Shown piece by piece: positions 54,541 through 64,000 of a stretch of DNA of 64,000 nucleotides. The notes below the pieces were generated by a model. It was not told the DNA's origin and did not search any database. It was given only the letters and a program-made list of their open reading frames with translations. The position numbers and the translations under genes were made by a program. Source of the stretch: a virus. Every line of letters begins with the position of its first letter. The stretch's first letter is position 1. The DNA lies in the UHGV virus genome UHGV-1370579. The stretch is one strand, 5' to 3'.

Positions 54541-55110
54541 ATGTCTAGAAAAGCAATTCCGTACGAGGTTAGAGAATCCCAGATTTTAGATATATGCACT
54601 AAAGAGAACTATACTTACGAAGGACTAGTATCTACTTTTAAAAATGCAGAGTCTAAAATACAGCTTAAATGTAATATTGATGGAAATGTATGGACTCCTA
54701 GTATTCGTAATTTTATTACTAATGGATCTAGATGCCCAAAATGCTTTCAAAATAGATGCTTACTAAATACTAATTGTAAGAATATAAATACTAAATCTAC
54801 CCACACTTACTTTTATTTACAAAAATTAAGTTGTACTTCACATTCAGCCTTAAAATACGGGATTACCACTAGAAGTGTAGAAAAGAGACTTTCAGAACAG
54901 TCTAGGAATTCAAAGTATACTCATAGTATAATTTTTGCTATAGAATTATATAGTAAAGAGTATGCTATAGATATAGAAAATATAGTAAAGGAAACAATTC
55001 CTTCATCCTTTCTTACACCTGCTTTACTACCAGATGGGTATTCTGAAACTTGTTTAGAAAAATATTTACTAGATATAAAGGAAATAGTTTATAACTATAT
55101 GTTTAGTTAG
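54541..55110 (+). CDS. T5orf172-like (GIY-YIG superfamily) protein with N-terminal Cys4 zinc ribbon; AT-rich insertion in head gene cluster
   Basis: CPKC zinc ribbon; LKYGITTRSVEKRLSEQ parallels YKIGMSQNPKERLAQYQ/YKIGMTVDVNERLSSYQ of 9257 and 11529; codon usage unlike flanking late genes. Confidence 0.5.
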   Translation: MSRKAIPYEVRESQILDICTKENYTYEGLVSTFKNAESKIQLKCNIDGNVWTPSIRNFITNGSRCPKCFQNRCLLNTNCKNINTKSTHTYFYLQKLSCTSHSALKYGITTRSVEKRLSEQSRNSKYTHSIIFAIELYSKEYAIDIENIVKETIPSSFLTPALLPDGYSETCLEKYLLDIKEIVYNYMFS

Positions 55111-55125
55111 GCTTTTCAGCCGATA

Positions 55126-55151
55126 AGGAGAGCTTCGGCTCTCCTTTTTTA
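55126..55151 (+). terminator. rho-independent terminator followed by GGAAAAATAAA late-gene motif
   Basis: ggagagc ttcg gctctccttttttat. Confidence 0.7.
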
Positions 55152-55167
55152 TTATTAGGAAAAATAA

Positions 55168-55680
55168 ATGCAAATAATCACAGCCGAAGACTATAGACTA
55201 TACGGCGGGTTAAAACGACCGGAACTAGAATCTGGAGTAGAGATGATGATTAAAGCTGCCAATACGCTGATTACAAGCCTTCTAGGTATGGATGATGCAG
55301 ATGCGGTAGATCAATTAATCACTACAAAACCTAGCCGTAGGAAATATTTCCTGAGTTCTCCCTCAGCCACATCTATTACAAAGATGACTATTAATGAGAA
55401 TGAAATAGGCCCGGAACAGTTTAAATTGTACCCTGATGGTGTTATTCTTCTTAAATTTAATCCTCCTGAGGGATATATGGATGTAGAATATACCCAAGGT
55501 GGTTTCAATCCAATGCCTGAAGATCTTAAGCTGGCAGCATGCCTGTTAGTAGATCACTGGCATAAGCAAGATTATCGTCAAGCCAAGACTATTGGTGGGG
55601 AGACAATTACGTTTAATAGTACTAAGTCTGGTATTCCAGAGCATATTCGTACAATCGTCGAAGTATATAGGAGAGTATAA
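55168..55680 (+). CDS. head-tail adaptor/connector protein (gp6-like), putative
   Basis: 170 aa, first gene after capsid/insertion; composition typical of head-tail connector proteins. Confidence 0.45.
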   Translation: MQIITAEDYRLYGGLKRPELESGVEMMIKAANTLITSLLGMDDADAVDQLITTKPSRRKYFLSSPSATSITKMTINENEIGPEQFKLYPDGVILLKFNPPEGYMDVEYTQGGFNPMPEDLKLAACLLVDHWHKQDYRQAKTIGGETITFNSTKSGIPEHIRTIVEVYRRV

Positions 55681-56447
55681 TGGCTCTTTCTGATCTAGCC
55701 ACACAAATTATTAAAGAGCAGCTAGATACTGCAAGCCGATCTGAAAACAATAAGAATACTGTTGTATATACAGTTGAGACTGGTTTGAAAGATCCTACAA
55801 GAGACGGTACAGTTGCACAGGTATCTTTTAAGTTCTCTAAACCAGTATCTCAAGATTTACTTAATGTTAGGACTGCTTCTATCCTAAAAGCTGTATCTTC
55901 TAGCTTAGATCTAACAGGAGACTTAGGTGCTTTAGAAAGCCTTATTCAATCAACCGCAGGCAAGAAATCTTCTGTAGGTAAAAAACGCTCTACTGGTAGA
56001 GTAGAGGTAAACTTTGGGGATCCTAGAGACGTAGAAGATGGATATTCTGGTGCAGTAACAGGTGCTTCTGGTCGTTTTGTATCAAATAGTAATATGAAGG
56101 TTATTCTGGAATTGGTTGCTAAAGAATACTTAATAAAGGATATGAAAAAAGCAGGAGCTCCACTTAAATTTAGAACAGGTCGTTTTGCAAATTCTCTAAA
56201 AGTTAAAGATGTTATGCTTAGAGATGCTGGAACTAGCAAAGGTGCTCCTGAATTAAATGTTACATATAATTATATGGTACGCCCATATTCAGTATTTAAT
56301 CCTGCAGTATCTACATATAGAAGATTGTCATTACGACCCTACCCAGGTGCTAGAAACCCTCAAAGACTAATTGGAGAGGCGATAGCTAAAGCCGCAAGAG
56401 ACTTAATTCACTCCAGATACAAAATTAAGGTTAATCAAGGAACCTAA
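55680..56447 (+). CDS. neck/head-completion protein, putative (255 aa)
   Basis: position between adaptor and tail terminator; overlapping start. Confidence 0.4.
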   Translation: MALSDLATQIIKEQLDTASRSENNKNTVVYTVETGLKDPTRDGTVAQVSFKFSKPVSQDLLNVRTASILKAVSSSLDLTGDLGALESLIQSTAGKKSSVGKKRSTGRVEVNFGDPRDVEDGYSGAVTGASGRFVSNSNMKVILELVAKEYLIKDMKKAGAPLKFRTGRFANSLKVKDVMLRDAGTSKGAPELNVTYNYMVRPYSVFNPAVSTYRRLSLRPYPGARNPQRLIGEAIAKAARDLIHSRYKIKVNQGT

Positions 56448-56450
56448 TAA

Positions 56451-56939
56451 ATGGATCACAGAACAAGTATAGCACAAGCTCTGGTTGATCGAATAGCCAA
56501 ACAAATGGATGGCTCCCAACCAGATGAATATTTTAATAACTTGTATGGAAACGTCTCACGTCAAACTTATAAGTTTGAAGAGATACGAGAGTTTCCTTAT
56601 GTTGCAGTTCATATCGGAACTGAAACTGGGCAGTATCTTCCCTCAGGTCAACAGTGGATGTTTTTAGAACTTCCTATCCTGGTGTATGATAAAGAGAAAG
56701 ATGGTGACATTCAAACTTCCCTAGAAAAACTCGTAGCGGATATAAAAACCGTTATTGACACAGGTGGAAATTTAGAATATACTGTTAGTAAACCTAATGG
56801 ATCGACCTTCCCATGTGAGGCGACTGATATGAGCATTACATCAGTTAGTACAGATGAGGGTCTACTGGCCCCATATGGTTTAGCAGAAATAAATGTAACA
56901 GTGAGGTATCAGCCTCCACGCAGGTCACTTCGCAGATAA
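56451..56939 (+). CDS. tail completion/terminator protein, putative (162 aa, p142-like)
   Basis: immediately upstream of tail tube gene. Confidence 0.45.
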   Translation: MDHRTSIAQALVDRIAKQMDGSQPDEYFNNLYGNVSRQTYKFEEIREFPYVAVHIGTETGQYLPSGQQWMFLELPILVYDKEKDGDIQTSLEKLVADIKTVIDTGGNLEYTVSKPNGSTFPCEATDMSITSVSTDEGLLAPYGLAEINVTVRYQPPRRSLRR

Positions 56940-56965
56940 GTTACAGATTAGGAGAAAATAATTAA

Positions 56966-58357
56966 ATGTCTTTACAACTATTACGTAATACTCGAATCTT
57001 CGTGTCTACGGTTAAGACTGGTCACAATAAGACCAACACGCAAGAGATTCTAGTTCAGGATGATATTTCTTGGGGTCAGGACAGTAACTCAACAGATATT
57101 ACTGTTAACGAAGCTGGTCCGCGTCCTACTCGTGGTTCTAAACGTTTTAATGATTCCTTGAATGCAGCTGAGTGGAGCTTCTCCACATATATCCTGCCAT
57201 ACAAGGATAAAACCTCTAATAAACAGATTGTTCCCGATTATATGTTGTGGCACGCTCTTTCTAGTGGTAAAGCATTAAATCTTGATGGAGACACAGGTGC
57301 GCATAATAATGAAGCTAACTTCATGGTTAACTTTAAAGATAACTCTTATCATGAGTTGGCTATGCTGCACATCTACATTCTTACTGACAAAGCATGGAGC
57401 TATATTGACTCTTGCCAGATCAACCAGGCAGAAGTTAACGTTGATATTGAGGATATTGGTCGTGTAACTTGGTCTGGTAATGGTAATCAGCTCATCCCGT
57501 TAGATAGCCAACCATTTGATCCAGATGCACTAGGTATTGATGATGAAACCTATATGACTATTCAGGGTTCTTATATTAAGAACAAACTGACTATCTTGAA
57601 AATTAAGGATATGGATTCTGGTAAAGCATATGATATTCCTATTACTGGTGGTACTTTCACTATTAATAACAACATCACGTACCTAACCCCGAATATTATG
57701 TCACGTGTAAATATTCCAATCGGCTCATTTACAGGTGCATTTGAATTAACTGGTTCTCTAACAGCATACCTTAACGATAAAGCTCTTGGTTCTATGGAAC
57801 TGTATAAAGATCTTGTCAAAACCCTTAAGGTAGTTAACCGCTTCGAAATTGCTCTAGTACTTGGTGGTGAATACGATGAAGAACGTCCTGTGGCTATTCT
57901 GGTAGCTAAACAAGCACACGTTAATATTCCTACTATTGAAACTGATGATGTACTTGGTACTTCAGTAGAGTTTAAAGCTATTCCATCTGATCTGGATGCG
58001 GGTGATGAAGGCTACTTAGGCTTCTCTAGTAAATATACCAAAACAACTATTAATAACTTGATTGTTAATGGTGATGGTGCTACTAATGCTGTAACCGCAA
58101 TTACTGTTAAATCTGCTGGTAATGCTACTTCTGTTCGGACTGGACAAACTCTTCAGCTGAGTGTTGAAGTTACCCCTTCTTCTGCAAAGAATAAGGATGT
58201 TACTTGGGCTATCACCAGCGGTGATGCAGCTACTATCAATGCAGCAGGACTATTAACAGCCCATGCTAGTAAAACAGGTGCGGTAACTGTTGAAGCTACA
58301 GCTAAGGATGGTTCTGGAGTTAAAGGCACTAAAGTTATTACTGTAACAGGTGGTTAA
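56966..58357 (+). CDS. major tail tube protein with C-terminal Big_2 Ig-like domain (pb6-like, 463 aa)
   Basis: size as T5 pb6 (464 aa); C-terminal TAITVKSAGNATSVRTGQTLQLSVEVTPSSAKNKDVTWAITSG...VTVEATAKDGSG is a Big_2 domain. Confidence 0.8.
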   Translation: MSLQLLRNTRIFVSTVKTGHNKTNTQEILVQDDISWGQDSNSTDITVNEAGPRPTRGSKRFNDSLNAAEWSFSTYILPYKDKTSNKQIVPDYMLWHALSSGKALNLDGDTGAHNNEANFMVNFKDNSYHELAMLHIYILTDKAWSYIDSCQINQAEVNVDIEDIGRVTWSGNGNQLIPLDSQPFDPDALGIDDETYMTIQGSYIKNKLTILKIKDMDSGKAYDIPITGGTFTINNNITYLTPNIMSRVNIPIGSFTGAFELTGSLTAYLNDKALGSMELYKDLVKTLKVVNRFEIALVLGGEYDEERPVAILVAKQAHVNIPTIETDDVLGTSVEFKAIPSDLDAGDEGYLGFSSKYTKTTINNLIVNGDGATNAVTAITVKSAGNATSVRTGQTLQLSVEVTPSSAKNKDVTWAITSGDAATINAAGLLTAHASKTGAVTVEATAKDGSGVKGTKVITVTGG

Positions 58358-58361
58358 ATAA

Positions 58362-59264
58362 ATGTACTACTCTCTAATGCGAGAGTCAAAAGTTATAGTT
58401 GAGTATGATGGTAGGGCATTTCATTTTGATGCCCTATCAAACTATGATATACAGACTTCCTACGAGGAATTCAAGACTCTTCGTAGGACTGTTCATCGTA
58501 GAACTAACTATGCAGACTCTATTATAAATGCTCAAACCCCCTCTTCTATCTCTCTAGCCGTAAATTTCAGTAATACTCTTACAGAGGCTAACTTCTTTGA
58601 ATGGTTAGGTTTTGATAGAAAAGGTAATACTTTCTTACTCCCACTATATAGTAATAATATTGAACCTACTATGTTCAATATCTATATAGTAAATAAAGAT
58701 AATAACTGTGTATATTTTGAAAACTGCTATGTATCTACAGTAGATTTTTCTTTAGATAAGAATATACCAATTCTTAATATTGGTATTGAATCAGGGAAAT
58801 TTTCCGAGGTATCTACCTATAGAGAAGCAGCTTCTATTATACAGGGTGAAGTAATGTCTTATAGCCCAGTAATAGTTTCTACTAACGGTAGCATTTTACC
58901 TGGTCTTATTTCCGCTTCTTTATCTTTTCAACAGCAATGCTCTTGGAGAGAAGATAAGAATGTTTTTGATATAAATAAAATTTATAATAATAAAAGAGCT
59001 TATGTAAATGAAATGAATGCTTCGGCAACCATTTCCCTGTATTACTTAAAACGTTTTGCAGGAGATATGGTTTACAATATCGAGCCTGAGACAGATGTAC
59101 CTTTAAATATAAGAAATAATAATATTTCTATAGATTTTCCTTTAGCACGTATTACAAAACGCCTAGATTTCTCAGATGTGTATAGAGTTGAGTGGGATAT
59201 TATACCTACTGCTTCTTCAGACCCAGTGAGAATAGATTTCTTTGGAGAAATTAAAAATGATTAA
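58362..59264 (+). CDS. tail protein p140-like (300 aa)
   Basis: position directly after tail tube gene as T5 p140 (about 298 aa); AT-rich. Confidence 0.45.
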   Translation: MYYSLMRESKVIVEYDGRAFHFDALSNYDIQTSYEEFKTLRRTVHRRTNYADSIINAQTPSSISLAVNFSNTLTEANFFEWLGFDRKGNTFLLPLYSNNIEPTMFNIYIVNKDNNCVYFENCYVSTVDFSLDKNIPILNIGIESGKFSEVSTYREAASIIQGEVMSYSPVIVSTNGSILPGLISASLSFQQQCSWREDKNVFDINKIYNNKRAYVNEMNASATISLYYLKRFAGDMVYNIEPETDVPLNIRNNNISIDFPLARITKRLDFSDVYRVEWDIIPTASSDPVRIDFFGEIKND

Positions 59265-59661
59265 CTTAAAAGATATTACTCTTGATACCCGTACTATTAC
59301 TCTTTCATACCCAGGTATGCCAAACTTTAAGCTAGAGCTTAACTATATGTCTCGTGCTACTTCTAAGCGTGTTATCTCTTCTGCCAAACGCGATGAATGG
59401 GTCAATGGTACTCTAATTCAAGTACAGGATGACGATAAGTTTATCGAAGCTTTCGTTGATGCTGCAATTAAAGGTTGGACTGGTTTGACTGTAGGTGACG
59501 TTGAAAAACTGATGCTGATTGAAACAGATGCTGATCCTGCTACTGAAGTTCCATTTAGTCGTGACAATGCTGTAATGCTTATGCAGAACTCTGCTGCGTT
59601 TGATTCTTGGATCAACCAGACAGTGTTCCATTTAGATACTTTTCGTAGCTCAAAAGCGTAA
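59257..59661 (+). CDS. tail assembly chaperone (gpG-like), putative
   Basis: acidic 134-aa protein upstream of tape measure; start ATG 59257 with SD ggagaaattaaaaATG. Confidence 0.5.
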   Translation: MINLKDITLDTRTITLSYPGMPNFKLELNYMSRATSKRVISSAKRDEWVNGTLIQVQDDDKFIEAFVDAAIKGWTGLTVGDVEKLMLIETDADPATEVPFSRDNAVMLMQNSAAFDSWINQTVFHLDTFRSSKA

Positions 59662-59722
59662 AGAACTACTAGATGCTGTTGCCGACTTTGCTGATAAATG
59701 TATTAAAAGCTCAGCATCTAAA

Positions 59723-60091
59723 ATGACTAAACAACAATATCTAATACTTTGCGAGTCAATGGGCATAGAACCTGATCCTAAGGCTATGCCTGTTGAACTT
59801 GAAGATTTTCCACCTATTGTAGCTATTAGTATGAATATTTATAATAGTCTAATTGACTGTTTCATACCGGGTGACTTTCCTATATTTATAGGCAAAGACA
59901 AGGCTGCCCTAGGTGTTTTATTTGATATTTATGGGATTACTGATCCTATAGAAAAAGAATTTGTTCTACACATCATCAATATATTTGATGCTAAAGCTGT
60001 AGATGCTGCACGTAAACGTGCTGAGAAGCATAAGCCGCAAAACGGAAGGATTCCTAACGTTAAGCCACATGCTAAATCTCGTGCACGATAA
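59723..60091 (+). CDS. second tail-assembly-chaperone-like ORF (possible frameshift extension product, gpGT-like)
   Basis: its frame is open upstream across the stop of 59257-59661 (+1 relative frame), consistent with programmed frameshifting. Confidence 0.4.
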   Translation: MTKQQYLILCESMGIEPDPKAMPVELEDFPPIVAISMNIYNSLIDCFIPGDFPIFIGKDKAALGVLFDIYGITDPIEKEFVLHIINIFDAKAVDAARKRAEKHKPQNGRIPNVKPHAKSRAR

Positions 60092-60126
60092 AAGTTTCCT
60101 CCAATGGGGCGTTCCACGATGAGGCT

Positions 60127-60159
60127 TGGCTCTGGGTGATATGCCCAGAGCCTTTTTTA
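60127..60159 (+). terminator. rho-independent terminator followed by GGAAAAATAAAA motif
   Basis: ggctctggg...cccagagccttttttat. Confidence 0.7.
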
Positions 60160-60175
60160 TTGGGAAAAATAAAAC

Positions 60176-63100
60176 ATGACTGATAAGCTAATACGAGAAT
60201 TACTAATAGACATTAAACAGAAGGGGGCAACTCGTACTGCAAAGTCTATTGAAAACGTATCTGATGCGTTGGAAAACGCTGCTGCTGCTTCCGAACTGAC
60301 AAATGAGCAGTTAGGTAAAATACCCAAAACCCTTTACTCCATTGAGAGGGCAGCAGATAGAGCAGCAAAAAGTCTTACTAAAATGCAAGCAAGCCGAGGT
60401 ATGCTTAGTGTTACTAAATCTATAAATGATATAGGAGCTAAGTTAGATGATCTTGCTATTACAATGATCGAAGTAGCGGATAAACTAGAGGTTGGGTTTA
60501 ATGGAGTATCTAGGTCTATTAAAGCAATGGGTAATGATGTTGCGGCTGCAACAGAGAAAGTTCAAGATAGGTTATACGACACTAATAGGGCTTTAGGAGG
60601 TACGGCTAAAGGCTTTAATGATACTGCGGGTGCTGCTAGTAGAGCTTCTAGAGCTATTGGTAATACTTCTGGTTCGGCACGTGGTGCTACTCGTGACTTC
60701 GCAGCAATGGCTAAAGTAGGTGGTGGTTTACCTATTATGTATGCAGCTATTGCTTCCAACATCTACGTTTTGCAATCTGCATTCGAACAACTTAAACTAG
60801 GTGATCAGCTAAATCGTCTAGAACAATTTGGGGTTATAGTAGGTACTCAGACAGGCACTCCTGTTCAGTCTCTTGCTAGATCATTACAAGAAGCTACAGG
60901 ATATGCTATTTCTTTTGAAGAAGCTATGCGTCAAGCATCCACTGCTTCAGCCTACGGATTTGATGCCGAACAACTTAGTAAATTTGGTTTAGTAGCTCGT
61001 CGTGCTGCGGCTGTTCTTGGTGTTGATATGACTGATGCACTTAACCGTGTAATTAAGGGTGTATCAAAACAGGAGATCGAACTTCTAGATGAGCTTGGTA
61101 TCACCATTCGTCTTAATGACGCATATGCTGACTATGTTAAACAATTAAATGCTGCTAACACAGGCGTAACTTATAACATTAATAGTCTTACCACTTTCCA
61201 GAAACAACAAGCATACGCTAACGCGATAATTGCTGAATCTACTAAGCAGCTTGGCTACCTAGATAAGGTTCTTAGGTTAACTCCTTGGGAGCTATTTGCT
61301 GCTAACGCTAACTCTGCCCTAAGAAAAATACAACAAGCTGCTGCTAAGTATTTAGGACCAACGATTGATGCTATTAATACTGTATTCTATACATCTCAGG
61401 CTTCTATATCTGCTGAAGCAGCTAGGGCACAAGAACAAACTAATAAACAGATAGACCCTAGTAATGTAGGTGCTGTTGCTTTAAGTTTGGCTGCTTCTGA
61501 GGAAGGTTATAATAAAGCTCTAGATATGTATAAGGAGTCTCTGGATAAGCGAAATAAACTAAAATCTGAATTCGATAAACGAATGGAACAAGCGGATTTC
61601 TATACAAAACTAGCTATACGTCAAGTTGGTGAAGGTATTCCTATTGGTCTTGCGGCCTCAGGTGCTTCTGAAGACAATAAAAAGTTTGTAGCAGAAACCG
61701 CAGCTATGGGATTACAAGTAGCTAGGTTAAGTAAGGAAGTTGATGACTCTACGGAAAACCTTAATGCTTGGAAATCCGCATATCAAGCTGCAGGTGCAGC
61801 TGCTGCTAAAGCTAGCCCAGAATTTCAGAAACAGATTAATCTCCAAAAAGATGCTACTGATCCTGGTGCTGTATACGATTTTAACTCTACTATATTAAAA
61901 GGATTAACTGAACAACAAAAAGCATATAATCAAACTAAGAAAACTTCTGGTGATTTAGCTAATGACTTTCAAAATATAGCTAGGAGCACAGATACTGCTG
62001 CTAAAACCAGTGCAACTTTTGAAGATGTAATTAGAAATGTAGAATCTCTCTCCGCAGGAACTGGTAAGAGTGCGGATGAGTATGTTAAAAATCTCAACTT
62101 AGGGTTTAACACCTTATCTGAGATGAAAACTGCTTCCCAAGCCTTATCTGAGTACGTTAAACTAACTGGTAATGAGACTAAGAACCAGTTAGCAGTTCAA
62201 CAGAAGATAGCTGATGTATATAACCAAACTAAGGATAAAGAAAAAGCACAGGAAGCCGGTAGACGTTTAGAGTTGCAACAGTTAGAAGAGCAAGAAGCTG
62301 CTTTACGCCGTGTTCTTCAAACAAACCAGGGGAATAAAGCTGTTGAGAAAGAAATTGAAAAAATTCAGCTGGAGAAACTTAAACTTACCAATCAGGGTAT
62401 GGAAGCTCAGAAGAAGGTCAAGGATTACACAGATAAAATTCTTGGTGTAGATCGTGAGATAGCTCTTCTGAATGACCGTACTATGACTACTACTCAATAT
62501 AGATTAGCTCAGCTAAAACTAGAACTAACTGTAGAGAAAGAGAAGTACGAATGGTATACAAAACAAGCGGACAAACAGAAAGAGGCGGAACAGTCTAGAC
62601 GTGCGCAAGCACAAATAAGCCGGGAGTTATGGGAGGCTGAGAATCAGGCAACTGCATCACATGTATCAGCTCTTATGGATGCACTAGAAGTCAGCCAAAC
62701 ACAAAGAAATGTTACTGGCCAAGCCCAGATTCTTACAGAAAGATTATCTGTTTTGCAAGAACAGCTAGAACTATCTAAGGGCAATACCGAAGAAGAGATC
62801 AAATATCGTAATGAGATCTATAAAACTGCTGCTGCTCTAGAGCAACTTAGAAAGCAGAGAGAAGGCCAAATGCAGCAACAGGTAGGATCTTCTGTGGGTG
62901 CTGTATACACTCCTACAACTGGACTATCTGGGGAAGACAAAGATTTTGCAGATATGCAAAATAGAATGGCTTCTTATGATCAGGCAATCTCTAAGCTATC
63001 TGAATTAAATTCTGAAGCAACCGCTGTGGCTCAAAGTATGGGTAACTTAACTAATGCTATGATTCAGTTCTCTCAGGGATCCCTAGATACTACCTCCTTG

Positions 63101-63856
63101 ATTGCTTCTGGCATGCAAACTGTATCTTCTATGATTCAGTATAGTACTAGTCAACAGGTTAGTGCTATTGATGCAGCTATCGCAGCGGAGCAGAAACGTG
63201 ATGGTAAATCAGAAGCATCTAAAGCTAAGTTGAAGAAGTTGGAAGCTGAAAAGCTGAAGATTCAACAAGACGCAGCTAAGAAGCAGATTATCATCCAAAC
63301 TGCAGTAGCTGTAATGCAGGCAGCCACCGCTGTTCCATATCCGTTCTCTATTCCATTAATGGTTGCGGCAGGTTTAGCGGGTGCTCTGGCATTAGCGCAG
63401 GCATCCTCTGCCTCTAGTATGTCAAGTATTGCAGATTCTGGAGCGGATACTACTAGTTACCTAACCTTAGGAGAGCGTCAGAAGAACATTGATGTATCTA
63501 TGTCTGCTAATGCTGGGGAATTATCCTATGTACGTGGTGATCAAGGTATTGGTAATGCTAATTCATTTGTGCCGCGTGCCGAAGGTGGTAATATGTACCC
63601 AGGGGTTAGCTATCAGATGGGAGAACATGGTACAGAAGTAGTTACACCTATGATTCCTATGAAAGCTACACCTAATGATGAGTTAAAAAATTCCTCTAAT
63701 TCAACCTCAGGAAGACCTATCATCCTGAATATTAGTGCTATGGATGCTGCTAGTTTTAGAGAGTTCGCCTCTAGTAATAGCGGTGCTCTGAGGGATGCAG
63801 TAGAATTAGCTCTGAATGAAAATGGTGCTAGCCTAAAAACACTAGGAAATTCTTAA
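60176..63856 (+). CDS. tape measure protein (pb2-like, 1226 aa)
   Basis: long Ala/Gln/Lys-rich coiled-coil protein with hydrophobic segments near the C-terminus; size matches T5 pb2 (about 1219 aa). Confidence 0.85.
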   Translation: MTDKLIRELLIDIKQKGATRTAKSIENVSDALENAAAASELTNEQLGKIPKTLYSIERAADRAAKSLTKMQASRGMLSVTKSINDIGAKLDDLAITMIEVADKLEVGFNGVSRSIKAMGNDVAAATEKVQDRLYDTNRALGGTAKGFNDTAGAASRASRAIGNTSGSARGATRDFAAMAKVGGGLPIMYAAIASNIYVLQSAFEQLKLGDQLNRLEQFGVIVGTQTGTPVQSLARSLQEATGYAISFEEAMRQASTASAYGFDAEQLSKFGLVARRAAAVLGVDMTDALNRVIKGVSKQEIELLDELGITIRLNDAYADYVKQLNAANTGVTYNINSLTTFQKQQAYANAIIAESTKQLGYLDKVLRLTPWELFAANANSALRKIQQAAAKYLGPTIDAINTVFYTSQASISAEAARAQEQTNKQIDPSNVGAVALSLAASEEGYNKALDMYKESLDKRNKLKSEFDKRMEQADFYTKLAIRQVGEGIPIGLAASGASEDNKKFVAETAAMGLQVARLSKEVDDSTENLNAWKSAYQAAGAAAAKASPEFQKQINLQKDATDPGAVYDFNSTILKGLTEQQKAYNQTKKTSGDLANDFQNIARSTDTAAKTSATFEDVIRNVESLSAGTGKSADEYVKNLNLGFNTLSEMKTASQALSEYVKLTGNETKNQLAVQQKIADVYNQTKDKEKAQEAGRRLELQQLEEQEAALRRVLQTNQGNKAVEKEIEKIQLEKLKLTNQGMEAQKKVKDYTDKILGVDREIALLNDRTMTTTQYRLAQLKLELTVEKEKYEWYTKQADKQKEAEQSRRAQAQISRELWEAENQATASHVSALMDALEVSQTQRNVTGQAQILTERLSVLQEQLELSKGNTEEEIKYRNEIYKTAAALEQLRKQREGQMQQQVGSSVGAVYTPTTGLSGEDKDFADMQNRMASYDQAISKLSELNSEATAVAQSMGNLTNAMIQFSQGSLDTTSLIASGMQTVSSMIQYSTSQQVSAIDAAIAAEQKRDGKSEASKAKLKKLEAEKLKIQQDAAKKQIIIQTAVAVMQAATAVPYPFSIPLMVAAGLAGALALAQASSASSMSSIADSGADTTSYLTLGERQKNIDVSMSANAGELSYVRGDQGIGNANSFVPRAEGGNMYPGVSYQMGEHGTEVVTPMIPMKATPNDELKNSSNSTSGRPIILNISAMDAASFREFASSNSGALRDAVELALNENGASLKTLGNS

Positions 63857-63862
63857 AACTGG

Positions 63863-63888
63863 AGGAGGACTTTGAGTCCTCCTTTTCT
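63863..63888 (+). terminator. rho-independent terminator followed by GGAAAAATAAAAA motif
   Basis: ggaggac tttga gtcctccttttc. Confidence 0.7.
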
Positions 63889-63965
63889 TTATGGAAAAAT
63901 AAAAATTTCTTGATAAAATTTTCTAATACTATTATAATAATTGTATCTAAGAGGAGAAATTAACT

Positions 63966-64000
63966 ATGAGATTACCAGACCCATACACGAATCCAGAACT
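63966..64000 (+). CDS. start of next tail gene (partial, MRLPDPYTNPE...)
   Basis: ATG with agaggagaaattaactATG; runs off window end. Confidence 0.45.
   Translation, partial: MRLPDPYTNPE

Noticed and set aside
1-64000. Integrase/attachment site or prophage boundaries
   Set aside because: No tyrosine or serine recombinase was recognised. Gene content is that of a virulent T5-like phage, and the discontinuity at 32.5-45.8 kb is better explained by a terminal-repeat module.

Overview
This window is a T5-like (Demerecviridae-type) siphovirus genome segment, with nearly all genes on the + strand. It has three parts.

(1) 1-32.5 kb is an AT-rich early region. It is driven by at least 17 copies of a conserved T5-type promoter/leader module. 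It holds a dense cluster of about 26-28 tRNA genes interleaved with small ORFs and homing-endonuclease-like genes (two T5orf172/GIY-YIG-like, one NUMOD4-HNH). It also encodes auxiliary functions: a SleB-like cell wall hydrolase, a YqeY/GatB-like protein, an SPFH protein, a Toprim protein, a GrcA-like glycyl-radical cofactor, a putative dNMP kinase, a ClpP-like protease, a thioredoxin-like protein, a Ser/Thr phosphatase, a candidate i-/o-spanin pair, and a holin plus L-Ala-D-Glu peptidase endolysin.

(2) 32.5-45.8 kb is a compositionally distinct, GC-richer block. Its gene sizes and order match the T5 pre-early terminal-repeat module: a 135-aa A2-like protein, a 556-aa A1-like metallophosphatase and a 244-aa HAD-family Dmp-like dNMPase. 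Three HNH-AP2 homing endonucleases are inserted. A repeat-dense non-coding region (DnaA boxes plus at least three iteron families) looks like an injection-stop signal or origin. A 4-kb cassette of minus-strand genes is bounded by about 115-bp terminal inverted repeats whose 23-bp perfect tips carry DnaA boxes. Several small perfect inverted repeats bracket single genes.

(3) 45.8-64 kb is the late structural module. It encodes the Llp lipoprotein (minus strand), a pb5-like receptor-binding protein, terminase small and large subunits, an HNH, portal, decoration protein, prohead protease and major capsid protein. It also encodes a T5orf172-like insertion, adaptor and neck proteins, a pb6-like tail tube, a p140-like protein, tail assembly chaperones and a 1226-aa tape measure protein.

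tRNA coordinates were derived by hand and may be off by 1-2 nt. Anticodon calls are from manual cloverleaf folding.
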